A stretch of 64,000 bases of DNA from Bugula neritina (taxonomy: Eukaryota; Animalia; Bryozoa). The stretch is from NCBI GenBank assembly GCA_964035545.1, contig OZ037768.1:3566741-3630740 (forward strand), read 5' to 3'. The position numbers and the translations under genes were made by a program. The notes beneath the pieces were generated by a model, which did not search any database, was not told the origin of the DNA, and was given only the letters and a program-made list of their open reading frames with translations. Position 1 is the first letter of the stretch. Each line of letters begins with the position of its first letter. This document shows, one piece after another, positions 42,233-61,300 of the stretch.

Positions 42233-45200
42233 TCAACTACAAAACATCTTCTTTTCTTTTTCTATCATTTTTTGTCGTTCTTCCAACTTGGCGTTCTGCT
42301 GCTTGATTTTCCTGATACGTTCATCAAGTTCAAGTTCTGATTGATTCTTTCCGAGTGACTCCACTAGAATAGATATGAGAAATACGGCTTGTGCAGTGAA
42401 ATAAGGGTTACAACAATGTAACTGCACAACACTACCTGCCTCATGATTAATGACAACAAATTACTGATGGCTATCACTTCCAACTCTAAGTTGATATCAA
42501 AACATTTAGTCAGTCAAATGAGCACATCACAGCTGTTCACAACATCTCCTTTCTGTCAAAATGAGTTGAACAAGCCTGGCTAGCTGTGCATCACTGACTG
42601 CATGATATAGGAATGCAGCAAACATATTGCAGTTCATGACATTTTTAGTTTCTATAGGAAATTCAGTGACAAAAGTGGAAATAGAAATCAGTTTAATAGA
42701 TATTATGTCTAGTTATATGCCAAAACAACAAAACTTGTGAAATAGCAATAGTAAAGGTCAGCTTCAATAAGAGAAATCTGATATAAAATTTATTAAATTT
42801 AGAAAACTATTGTTTACAGCTGACGAGCAGGATGGGAATCTGTGTAGGGTAAAGAGGTAATTGATGATTCAATTTGTTTACAGTCCAACGCCGCCATAAA
42901 TATTTGGTTGCTTTTTGTTGCAAAATAAAACGTGAAACATGGTTAGAAGAAGAATTAATAAAATTAGACTGAACATGGAACAGAGTTTGAGCTCATTACA
43001 TACACTATGTGAGTTTGATGGTGTGATTAATGAAACCACTTGTAGTTGTGCGCTCCTTGAAATCAATAAACCAAGACAATATTATGCAGAGATGCCATAA
43101 TAAACTGGACATTGGAAATCATGAAACGTTGGTAAAGCAGTAGTGCAATGACTATATGTAGCTGATAAATTAACAATACTAATTATCTGTCAGAAACCAT
43201 CACCAAGGCACACACTGCTAATAGTAAAAGTAGCCAATACTTCACACCATCTAATCACTGAATGGTAAATTGATTAGACAATATTACATCTCATGTACAG
43301 AGACTGCCCAAGTGTAAGCGTAGCACAGCCATAAATCTGCACAAGCATTAATTGTTTTTAAAGATAAAAAGATTTTTGATAACAGCCCACCTGGTTTGGT
43401 GTGATTACTTGTGGAGTAGAGAGGCCGTGCTGGCTTGCGGGCATCTTCCTTTTTTAACTGATCCCCTCGACCTACTCGTAACTTTGCACTCCTATTGGTT
43501 GGTTTCTCATCTTCCAGACTAGTAGAATCTGTAGCTCGATGACTCCAAATATTTCGTTTAGAGCTGGAAAGCTTTTTAACAACAAGTTCAGCTGTATTGC
43601 CATTAGCTTTGGAGTTTTCTCTCCTTAGGACAGGTCGTTCAACAGTCTCTGGTGACGCTTTTCTACTGCTGGTTGCAGTTGATCCGCCATCTGATTCAGA
43701 TTGCACCTCAATAGACACTTGCCTCTTAGACTTCTTCACCCGAGATTCACCAGTTTGGGGGTCTGCATACCCACCCAGCCGGTCTTGGATCCTTTTCTTA
43801 GCTAAGACACACACACATTGGCCGAGTGAAAACTTGAGAGACAAAGCTAACATTGCATAGAATATATTCTGACAAAGACACATTCAACATACAACTATTC
43901 CGTATAAATAAATGCATTAAAAATTCAAAATTTAGTGTTAGAATCAGCAGTTTGCATCAGGTAACTTTATTTGGTAACTTATTTTGGACAACAATAGACC
44001 ATGTAAAACTCCACCAATCAGAAGATTGCAACCACTCAAATATCTCACCATAATAACTTATATAAAATTGTGCAAGCTCAAGTGCAAAATGCACGGTTCT
44101 AAAAAATACAAGAGAACACAATTACCTTTTGTGTTGGGTACTGCAGCACTTGAATGGTCGGTATTCTCAGTCATAGTCTGGTTTGTCGTCTCTAAGGAAA
44201 TACTTTCAACAATCTCAGGACTTTTTAGTCTACTTTTGACTATCTTAGAGTTTTCAATACCTAATCGTTTCACTACGCTAGTTTTCTTTTTTGCATTTTT
44301 TAATTTTACAGTCTTTTTTGTTGAGCTGATCTTCTTTGAAAACTTTTCTTTCCTGACGCGGAGAGTTTCTCTCTCAGCCTCAGTAAGAAGAGGATTGTCA
44401 AGAGGGTTGGACACTGGAGATATATTAGCATCATCTCTCATTGCACTGTCTGTACCCTCGCGTACATCACTTGTACCCTTTACAGTCTGTTCCACAACTC
44501 TTCGTTTATTTCTACTTTGAGATAAAGTATTAGAATCAATATTTACATTTGACCTCTCCGAAGAGGAGTGCTTGTAGGATGAAGAGTCTCTAGACAGATG
44601 TGAACGAGGTCTTTGACGTGTAGGGATAGATTTAGATGCCCGGATTTTTGGCGAACGAGATTTTGACCGCCGGCGATGTCTCGGTGGAGAATGTTTGTGG
44701 GTGACATTCTTAACTTTGGTAGATGTTGTACGAGATGCTGACTTCCTATTTTTAGATGCTGGTTGTTCACATACAGTACTACTACTAGTTAGGGAATTAT
44801 TACTGAGTTTTATTGGTTCATCCTCTAATATTAAATCATCATCGTCAAATTCAGTGATGTCTACATCATCTTCTAAGATAAATGGTACAGGTTGCTCTTC
44901 TGTATCAACCGAGAGCTCATGTGTAGGTTCAGAGTTGGCAATTGTCTCCTCCTCACTGATGACCACATCCTCTTCTATTAGAGAGAGTTCACTCACATCA
45001 CTTGAGGAGTCGTCATCCCCCCTGTCAAACTTAGATGGGGCACCTGCAGCAAGAGGCACACGCTAAGCTCATGTGTCTTAGCCAAGTAGAAAGGAACATT
45101 GAGCATAGAACCTCTGAATCAGATAATTATAACTAAATATTAATAGACTAAAATCATATGCCTAGCTTTATTATAGAGGTTAGGTAAAATACCTGATATA

Positions 45201-48200
45201 GCAGGTACATCCTCTGTTCTGTCCTCACTTCCTTTAATTGTCTACAACAAAAGATATTACTGAGAACATGTAATGCTAAAATAGATTGAACAATTGAATA
45301 CAAGAAGTTTAGCTATTGTGAACATTTCCTATTATCTTATGCTATCTAGTAAATTTGGTAAAACAGTGTTTTAACAAAAATAAAAGCCAAAAAATTACTT
45401 GAATTTACAAAACCTGATATTTTTTTTCACTAATGAGGCAATAGCTGAAAAAATATTTTATGTGACAAAAAACACACAGCATCTAAAAATGCTTTCTTCC
45501 CAACATCCTTTTAATTTATTGCATTATACAAAGCCATGGTGATATAATTATTAATTTATTGATTTAGTGCAAGAAGCCATGGTCTAGAGGTTAGAGCGTT
45601 TGCTTAGTGTAGACACGAGGTCATGAGTTCAAGCCCGGACAAAGGCCATGGGTGATGTTAAGAAGAGCATCCAGTTATAATTGCTCCTGTGTTTTATCTA
45701 AATAAGTCCTTATAGCTCGATTTAACAAAAATTCCTTCCATCAGGGGTTTTCTCACAGGGATGGTGACTATAAACTTGCGAAAGCTTTTTTCATGTATAA
45801 AAATCTTGCAATATTTTTCAGTCAAAACCCTTTTCTTTGCAATTGTGCCATTAGAATTGAAAAAAATTTCTTGAATGATTAAATTGTGATTGCCGGCAAC
45901 GATAGTTTACCAAGCACAATGATTTACTAACTTTAATATTAGTGTAATGAGTGTTTAGTGGGAAATATTGTAAAACAAGTAATCTTACCAAGTTCTAGTA
46001 AATCCATTTAAAAGCAATTCTTACTAGAACAAGTACTATATACTGATTTCTTAAATATTATTGCTAAAGATTTGATAATAAGCAGTGTAACTAATGAAAT
46101 GAAATTAACTGTTATTCTTTACTAACTTCAAGCTTGCAATTGCTGTTACTATCTCTAATTCAATTTATATTAAAACATATGGGAAAGTTGCTTTGAGTAT
46201 TTGTTGCGGTAGCTTACGGAAGAATTATGGGAAAAAAATCAAGCAAGCATCACAGACTTTTCAAGTAATTTATGCTTAAAGTTGGCTCTAATTTTGCCAT
46301 CAAAAACTGTCTTTTAATTAGAATGAGGGAATAAACTAGTGAGAGATGACAACTCTCATGGTGATTTGAAAACATGACATTATATTATACTGTACATTAT
46401 ATGAAAACATTAGATCTTTTACTAAAATGAGTAGGCTATCTATTGTGTATGACCCACGAGCTACCTTGGATTTTAAGGCAGCATCTCTGAGTGCTGCCAG
46501 ATCTTCTTCTGCTTGTTGCTCATGCTTGCTAGAAATGTCTTTGGCTACTTTTGCTGTTTTTCTCTGCAAATGAGGAGTTGTAATTCCATTTAATATTTAT
46601 TCAATTAAATTATATGATTAATTAACTTAGCATCCAACTAAGCACAAATGCTACAGGAATCCATAAAAACATGATACATTTTTTAATAAGTAATCAACAT
46701 ATAAAATCATGAATGTTTCTATAATTACCGCGGCTAATGTTGCTAAGGCAGCAGCTTTAAGCGCCTCAATATCCAAGTCCTAGAAATAGGAGAAAATACT
46801 AAGTTAACAGAGTAATGGCAGCAGTATAGACATATCTATATAAAATATGAAACACATGCTTTGGTTAATTGTTTTTTACCAGCAAAAGCTATAGCAGAGT
46901 AGGTCAAATTATAAATATATGAAATGCAATGCACATGTAAAATACAGCAATTAAAAATCAAAAATCTAAATTCAAAACTTAAACCTGAGCAAAGTTAGAG
47001 GCCTACAGTCAGATTGAACTAATTTAGTAAAGCTGTATTAGCAGCAAAAATGTCAATAATAAAACTATTACACTAGTTTGTTGGTTTAGAAGCAGTAAAA
47101 CTGTATAAACTAGCATAAATTTATAAACTTGTATAACTGTATAAAAATGAATTCATATATTTATGGTGATGATCTCATTGCTACATAAATATGTACTTTT
47201 AAATAGTGATAGTGTCGCCTAGATATTATTATTATTGTAGTCATTAATTGTTGGGAAATGTAAGATCAATTTAGCAATTCAGCAATTTGTTTTTGTAAAT
47301 TGACAAAGTGCAATTAAAAATTTAACTCTAATGCAGTTTTGCAATTATTGTCAATGTGAGTGTTAAATATCATTCACATTGTGACAATAATAAACATTAT
47401 CAGAAAGATAATTTCAATATGAATTTAAACATTATTAATATTATGACAAAACTAATGTTAATAATTTTAATTAGAATGATTTGCTGGATCCAATAAAACT
47501 TGAAGTCATTTTCATAATCATAATTCATATTGATATTGTATTTAAATTTTAATGACTATCATTACATATTCATATTAAAAGTGATATTATTAATATACCT
47601 ATACTTATACTTACACAGTTAGAGTTATACTGCATTATCATTATGATTATCATTATAATTATTTGATTATAGCATTAGACTTACTCTTACTCTTAGTGAT
47701 TAATGATACTGATTAGAGATTAGCACATTGACAATCACTCACAATGACAATAGCAGATTAAGATTAAAATTCACTGTTTAAAAATCAAATTGCATTTTGA
47801 TTTTAATTTTGCAACTGCTTTTGGCTTTGCCTTTGCTCTTTGATTTTGCAAACTCAAAGTAAAAGTATCTAAATCTACTTCAAGTTCTAGTACTAATAGT
47901 AATAGTAATAGTACTGTAGTAATACTAATACAGTAACTGTAAGAGTAATACTAATACTAATAGTACAGTAGACGTAGTACAGCTAAGTATCTAAATCTAC
48001 TTCTAATACTACTAGTACTAGTACTTCTAGTAGTAGTACTAGTACTACTACTAGTAGTACTAGTACTACTACTAGTACTAGTAGTACTACTACTAGTACT
48101 AGTAGTAGTACTACTAGTGATTCAACTTCAAGTTAAATAAATTAATTATTAAGATAAATGAAGTTGAACACTGTACACATTTAGTTTTACTTTCATCAAC

Positions 48201-48353
48201 TAAATAGCATATTAATATCTATGTGGTGAACATAATTTTCTGCAATTATTCTTGGTTCTATAACTATATACTATGCTAGTATAATATCACTATAACTATA
48301 TTTATATTAGCATAAGGCTAGGCATTTAGAATGTTAATTCTTACATGATCCAT
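42233..48353 (-). CDS. uncharacterised charged/disordered nuclear-type protein with a C-terminal coiled coil, ~555 aa
   Basis: Exons 48353-48345 (MDH), 46779-46729, 46563-46465, 45241-45193, 45043-44126, 43801-43391, 42363-42233 sum to 1668 nt in frame; acidic tract, RS-like tract (HSPPRHRRRSKSRSPK), ending ELDERIRKIKQQNAKLEERQKMIEKEKKMFCS*. Confidence 0.8.
45568..45780 (+). mobile_element. V-domain-like SINE (copy D, best-preserved Pol III boxes)
   Basis: A box tggtctagaggttagagc (45580), B box gagttcaagccc (45625), core gggtgatgttaagaagagcatccagttataattgctcctgtg, tail cagggatggtgactataaac. Confidence 0.87.
47885..48120. repeat. self-complementary low-complexity (ACT/AGT)n repeat
   Basis: Alternating tactac and tagtag blocks with many palindromic actagt/agtact joints. 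Confidence 0.85.
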
Positions 48354-54598
<6,245 letters not shown>

Positions 54599-55387
54599 TA
54601 AAACCAACCTGCTTGAAGGTTTTTTTCTTGATCACATATTCCCTTTATCGAATTTCATATAATTTAAAGGTGGATGGCTAACAATTTTATTAAAAATTAA
54701 GACATAATTAGGGCATAAAGTTTAAGATATTTTATTTTATCAATTTTTGATAAAACTAGCCGCGTTTTTATAACCATCACTTTCATATTCTGGGAGATTG
54801 GCGCACTGTATTTAATATCCTTTAAGATGTAATTTTTTATAGCTGTATTTAGTTTTTTCGTATTAATTAAAGCACTATTTATAAAACATGAGCAGTAAAT
54901 ATATTTATTTTTACAAAAAGCACTTGCATATAAACTATATATGCTTAAACACCATTAAGAAAATTTATATAAAGTCACAAACTCATACTACAGTCTGGTT
55001 GAGAATGTAGCAAAACTTATAACTACAGGCAGTATTTAGTATAGGATTATTATTATGGAAAAATTATTTATATACAAAAATAATGAGAACTACCATGGAG
55101 TTTTAATATTTGGAAAATATCACCCTGACATATAATAAAACCACGATAACATTGATTAGATATACTCATACTATTTTGTGCACATGACTACACTCGACAT
55201 AGGCATTTGATTTTGGCATCAAATCAAAGATTCATATACACTAAATAAATTATGTAATTGCTGATTCACTATTCTCAAATTAAAGGCAAGAGCTAGAATA
55301 AGTTACAGTGATGTAGTCATCAATAGTAGCAGCGTGCAGGAGATGAGAGAGATTGCAGTCTAGGTCAAAATACACTTCTTGTATACC

Positions 55388-58300
55388 TCACCTACAAACA
55401 CAACACACACATCTCAGAGATACTCAAATTGCAAAAACATATGTGCATGTGAAATAAATCACAGGCTTCAATATACAAACGTCTAGAAAACCAATGTTTC
55501 TATGATGGGGAGTGAGCTGATAATGTAACAGTTGTTTGGAAATTGTTGAATGTATAGCAAGCTTCAATGACGCCTACTAAAGGTAAGCTATAAAAGATAT
55601 GTTGAAATATTTTTTGCTACTAATTATCTTAAAAATATTTTTTTGTATAGTAGGAGATCAATAGAATACTAACATGTTGTACGCCACATATATCGGATCC
55701 AAATGATCTCCTATAAATCCATCTCGCAGATGCATTCTTTGTTTCTCACCACGGGAGTTTATGGGGATAACGCCAGGATCAACTATGACTACCACACCAA
55801 CTATCAAGTGGCCTTCCTCCAACACGGTATTGGTTACAAGGGGAATCACATCCAGAGCCTCGTTTTCATGTCCGTCCAGTTCTACCACCACCACAAGTAA
55901 ATTGGTCCATGTGAACACAGCACTGTAAACATTCAAAATATGCAATGTGTAGTAGTAATTTACTTGGATTGTAGCAACTGTATATGGCACATGTTACTTG
56001 AGCGGCATCAGCAGAGATATTACCATTCTGATATCTTGCGGTGGCACCTCATAACTGAATTCTCAATATCTATGGGGTGATAGCGTAGGCCTCGTAATAC
56101 TATTGCTTCATCTAGTGCCCCGACTATAAAGATGGCGTCGTGTCTTTCTGCAAATAAAAAGGAAAGCTAGATAAGTTGAAATACAACATATATGCAGTTA
56201 CCCTATTTAAACTAGACTAAAGTTTGACTAGTATACTTTCAGTATTATTTACAAACCTCCATCAGCCTGGGTCTTATCGGTTCTCATAATAAAGCCGAGA
56301 TATCCGGTCCTTGCATAGGCTGTTCTTGTATCACCAGTTGCAAGGTGGGAATCGAAATGGTCCATTGCAGGGTACTCGTCCCCATAGATAGCAAAGTAAC
56401 CGTTTGCGTTGTGAGGGCAACTCACCCAGATTTCCCCCAGATGAGAATCTGCACACTGGCCTTTTGTCTCGGGATTAGCTATGACTACTTTTACCCCTGG
56501 CAACAACTGTAAAAAAGTATCGACGAGAGTAAACAAACGGTTTGAAAAAGTATTCAATAAATAAAGTCGAATGTAGGGTGACATAGTCACACTAAAACTG
56601 TATGAAGGTAAAGATACCTTTCCTGACTCTTTCAAACAGAGGCTATTGGGACTCCCTTTCTCTAGTATAGATACTCTGTCATACCGCAAAGACTTGGTAT
56701 CTACGTACACTTCAGATGGGTCTGGGCACGAAGGGCCCTGCAAACAATTACATAACATACCACAAAATGTTCTAGAAATTTTGCAAAACAGTTGCTAATC
56801 AACCATTTTAGTATGAACACAAAGCAGATATATGTATGCTGAAAGTACTACGATACCTGTAGGCACATGGTGGTATTGACTCGGCAGCCAAAAGTGGTGC
56901 TGACTGCCCTGGGAGAGAGTCCTAGGGTGGAGAACACTTTAGTAAATGACGTCATTAGCTGCATCCTGGGTCTTTCCTCAGCAACGACTATGCACGTTCT
57001 GACACTAGACAAGTTAACACCTCTTTGCTACAACATCCGGAGGGAAGTGTATTACAACAAGTTATTATCATATGTGAATATAACACCTAGCATGATGTAT
57101 ACACCAGGCTGTAGGGCAAAGACCGAACACTTGGAAGTAGTCACAAATAGCATGCATCCTCCTTTACCTCTCCAAGAAATACAACTGATAGATGCATATT
57201 TATACATTACTGCACATTTCATTACACCGTGATATCTAATAAAGCACTGAATGAAATACCTTGAGGAGGGCAGTAGAGGAACCGAGACCTCTAGTGCACA
57301 TCTCCATCACACCATATGAACAGAAAGTATCTCGAACTTTGTACTGACTGACAGCTGCCAGCCATGCTGTCGGGTCTTTCTCCAGCTCTGTTGGTGCTAT
57401 CAGTATAGAGTTGTGTCCAGCATAAACCCTGCCATGGAAAGCAGCAGTTAGTTGATATATGCAGCATTTTCAGAGTTACACAATACTCAAAAGAATAGTG
57501 AAATGTTTCCTAAACTGAGACAGCACCACTACAACTAATTCTAAATAGAGTAACATCGCTGCCACAGCAACTGCTGCCGCCACAGTAACCACCGCCGCAG
57601 TAAATACCGCCACAGTAACCACCGCCGCACTCACCCCACTAGGGTCCACAAGGCAGCTGCTAGGCCAGAGTAGGGGTCTAGACAGAGCACAATGTTCCGT
57701 GATGTGTAGAGTTCACACTGCAGCTTGATAGACCTGCACAGAGCGAGTACAGCTGCGTGTGTCATCTGCAATGTTAACACAGAGTGATTATTACCACCTC
57801 ATCTGCACCGACTAAACACTAAATGGAAAGTAGTTTCAATGATTTTAGTTTCAGGATTGTACATTAAAATGGTAGTTTTACAACTTTAAAATAAATTATC
57901 AGAGCAAGAATTGCTAACGTTGCTCATATGGCAATGATTTTGAGTATTACAGTTTGTAGGACTCCCTTTCAGCAATTTTAATACATAATATTTGAAATCA
58001 GCACATAAAAATACTCCATTTTTACTTTTTAGTCCAAATTTGCTAATTCTTTTCAAAATAAAGGTAGCAAACAGGCATGTGGATTCATTTCTTCTGTTCT
58101 TGTTATATCAAACTGAGAAAAGTTAAGTACCTTAATTCCAGCAAGCATGCCAGTGGTGGACACACTAAAGTCCAGGTAACACAGCATCTCTGTACTGGGG
58201 GGCACATAGATAGCCAACGACTTCTTTTTTGATATATCTGAAGTATCTAGGAGTGCAGGCCACGATTTAGACTCTACTATACTGTTGGCTTCCTGTCAAA

Positions 58301-61300
58301 TGAAAATGTTATTATATAACAATTGATAGACATCATCACTTGCATAGACACCAAATATGTAACAGCACAAATATAATAAGTAGAGAAGTTGAATCTCAGG
58401 GATCTCTAACCTTGGATCGAAGATTTTTGATAATGGTTGAGGTGGTTAATATACAGGTTGAGTTGCTGGCTTCTACAATCATTTTGAGAGTTGGCAGTGT
58501 CGTGGCTAAGTTGTGAGGATGGGGTGGTCGTATGATGATGGGTATACACCCGACATAAAGGCAACCGTAAAAGGCTGCTACCAAGTCTATACTTGGTGGG
58601 TACACAAGAGCTACGTGATCGCCTACGTTGCGCTTGCCCTTCTCTAATATAACTGCAGCCACTTTCTCTGCCTTTCTGTGGAGCTGAGAGCATGTGACAA
58701 CCACTGGAGTACCCTGCAAATAAAAATATATTTCTGCTATAGCAGACCTAGCAAACCGCAATAACATACTGTAGAGTGTAAACTATACTCAATACTAATT
58801 ATTAGCTGCAATGATGAGCCACTTTTTATTCAACTACCTTTGCCGAGATGATGGTGAAAAGCTCGTGATCAGGCATGAAATTAGCCCTCCAGCGCAACAC
58901 CTCCGACAGGAACTGATGCTTCTTAGCTTGATCTTCTTCGTTGAAGCTCGTTAGATCTTGACCTTTGGCACTGGCCAATCGCGCACCTTGTACTATACTT
59001 CCAACAAACATGGCCGACGGGCCGACATCGGATGGAGTATCTTCTCGGGGCTGAAACAAGCAGTCGGAGGGTGACACAACGTCGTACAAAGATGTACAAC
59101 TTCAAAAACATTGCATTTGCATGTTATAACTGGGCATAAGATGCATATTTCAGTCCTAATATTGACAATATCTATCAACAGTTAGTCTATGACAATATAT
59201 AAACAATTTTCACTGACTATTAAAAGAAATTATTTTTCAGCTTTTGATTAAAATGTTGATAATTACTTGATCTGGCAACAATAACCATGTTACCTATAAA
59301 CTCAACATTCTGACACAACAAATAGTATTCTCAACACCCAGCTGTTCAGACAACAAACTAGATAAAGGCATGGAGTTTAAATATATTTAGCAGCTTCAAC
59401 AGTACAAAGAGATTTGGCAATACTCTGGGTAAATACAGGTTGATTTAGTAGAAAAAAAATTATTGGACAAATTTGTATTAATTTAAGGGTTATTAATTTT
59501 GAGTTTGCTGATTTGAAATTAAAGCCTACATCTAATAGTTTATTAGTGCTTGAAGAAAAGAAACCATTAGAGTGAAGATTAGTTGAGTGTTTAATCGAAG
59601 ACAATGTTACTCACAAAATTAGTGAGTTCACTTCAAACAGTGACAGCAACTTCAACACAAGAGTGGATTATCAAAATCATACTTTAAATACACGTTTATT
59701 TGAAAGTAGAAACAGTAATGAAATAAAGCTTGGCGGTCAAAAATTTGAGAACAAAGTGCCATTTTCGTATACTGGTGCACAAAGCTGTGACGATAGATTC
59801 AACAATTAGCAATGCTACTGCGAAACAGATTAAGGGATTTCAGATCAAATTTTACTACTTTGCAATCGTCCCCACTTGGTAGCGTAAGCTAGAGCATTGC
59901 AAATTTCTGTTAGTATAATACTAACGTTACACAAAACTTAGTCCAACATGAATCAAAGCCGCCACCTGTATTTTTACGAATAGAATAAAAGGGAAGGCTT
60001 ATAATTATTTTGTTGGGTTATGATATCAGATGCCAGCGATATGCTTTGATAGACATTTCAGACTAAGTGTAGAGAGCCAAGTGAGAGGAAAATAACTTAC
60101 AAGTTCCGGTCGAAGCACCGACCGGGTTATTACAAAATCATCAGCCACCTGACAGAGTAGTTACAGAGTCTCAGTTACAGTATGAGGGGAATAAGCAGAG
60201 TCTCTAAACATAACATTGCCTCTTCACATCCCCCTTCCCTCCCTTCCCCCAGCACGTACAGAAAGAAAATAATAGCTTCAAAACATTCACCATAAAAACT
60301 ACTCAACATCAGAGACCAAAAGAGCGAGAAAATTGTTAACAGTAATTGCTTCTAACCCCGACAAACATTCATATTTGATTTTCTTTTCAAAACTGAAAAT
60401 ATTTTTCAAGAAATGAAATTTGGATAGTTTACCAGTTGATTATTTCATTTCAAACAGCAAAAACTGAAAGATGAAAAATGAAGAAATACCTAAATGATAA
60501 ACCAAAATACTAGCTAAGTGGAAGGCAACTCCAGTATTTATATTACCTCTAGCTGTAAAAGTATGCAGTTACACCAAGTAGGGTAGTGATGACATCACAC
60601 AACTCACCTGGGGAAGGTTAAGGACACAGGTGTGAGGGCACATGAGAACATTAGCTGGGTGCAGTGTGCCGTCCTGCAACTTCTTCATAGTTTCATATAC
60701 ATGAATACCGCCGAGTGTGCTCCTAGGCAGGTAGTTTGGTGGAACCAAGGCTAAGCAGTAAATGCCAACTTGATGTATCGTATCCACAGCCTGTAAGACT
60801 TTAGACATCCACTGGAAACTCTACAACAACAAGAGTTGCTCAACTTTCTCCCAGAACACCAATATTAGCAGGAATCTTGCTACAAACTCAAACATCGAAC
60901 TGAGAGTTTAAAATAATCAAACGAGAGTTGTGAGGGTGTGTACCAACCTCCTCCTCAGAGCTGTCGGGCCTCTGCTCCGCGACTATGCATATACGCTCGT
61001 CTCTCAACACAGGTATAGAGAACACAGCAATTCTACAATAATAACAGGACAATTTATTCAATATATGAATACCAGAGCACAGGTGGAGCCAATTCTCTAC
61101 TTTATCAAATGGTACACCCACCTTCCTCTGTATATAAACCTGTTGGGTTCCACAGCTAAAACTGTCGCTATTATGTCATCCGTATTATGCCTTCTGTTGG
61201 AGACAGCCATTAGACCTTCTCTGCTGCCGCAAACAAATACCAGACCACCCTGCAACACGTAGCGATATATATTATATATACCTTCCTATAGTCTATACCA

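Noticed and set aside
43597-45066. Plus-strand ORFs of 87-178 aa
   Set aside because: Antisense shadows of the large minus-strand coding exons.
45568-45645. tRNA gene
   Set aside because: A/B boxes are present but there is no clean cloverleaf, and the sequence continues into a SINE body shared with three diverged copies.
55658-55673. LVFY as the sole DIP2 C-terminus (ORF track)
   Set aside because: A canonical intron restores the conserved YNM* end; LVFY is at most a retention isoform.
59500-59950. Additional MITE/TE fragments (also ~25140-25450, 28560-28790, 35300-35760)
   Set aside because: Composition is suggestive, but I could not identify TIRs, TSDs or second copies in the window.
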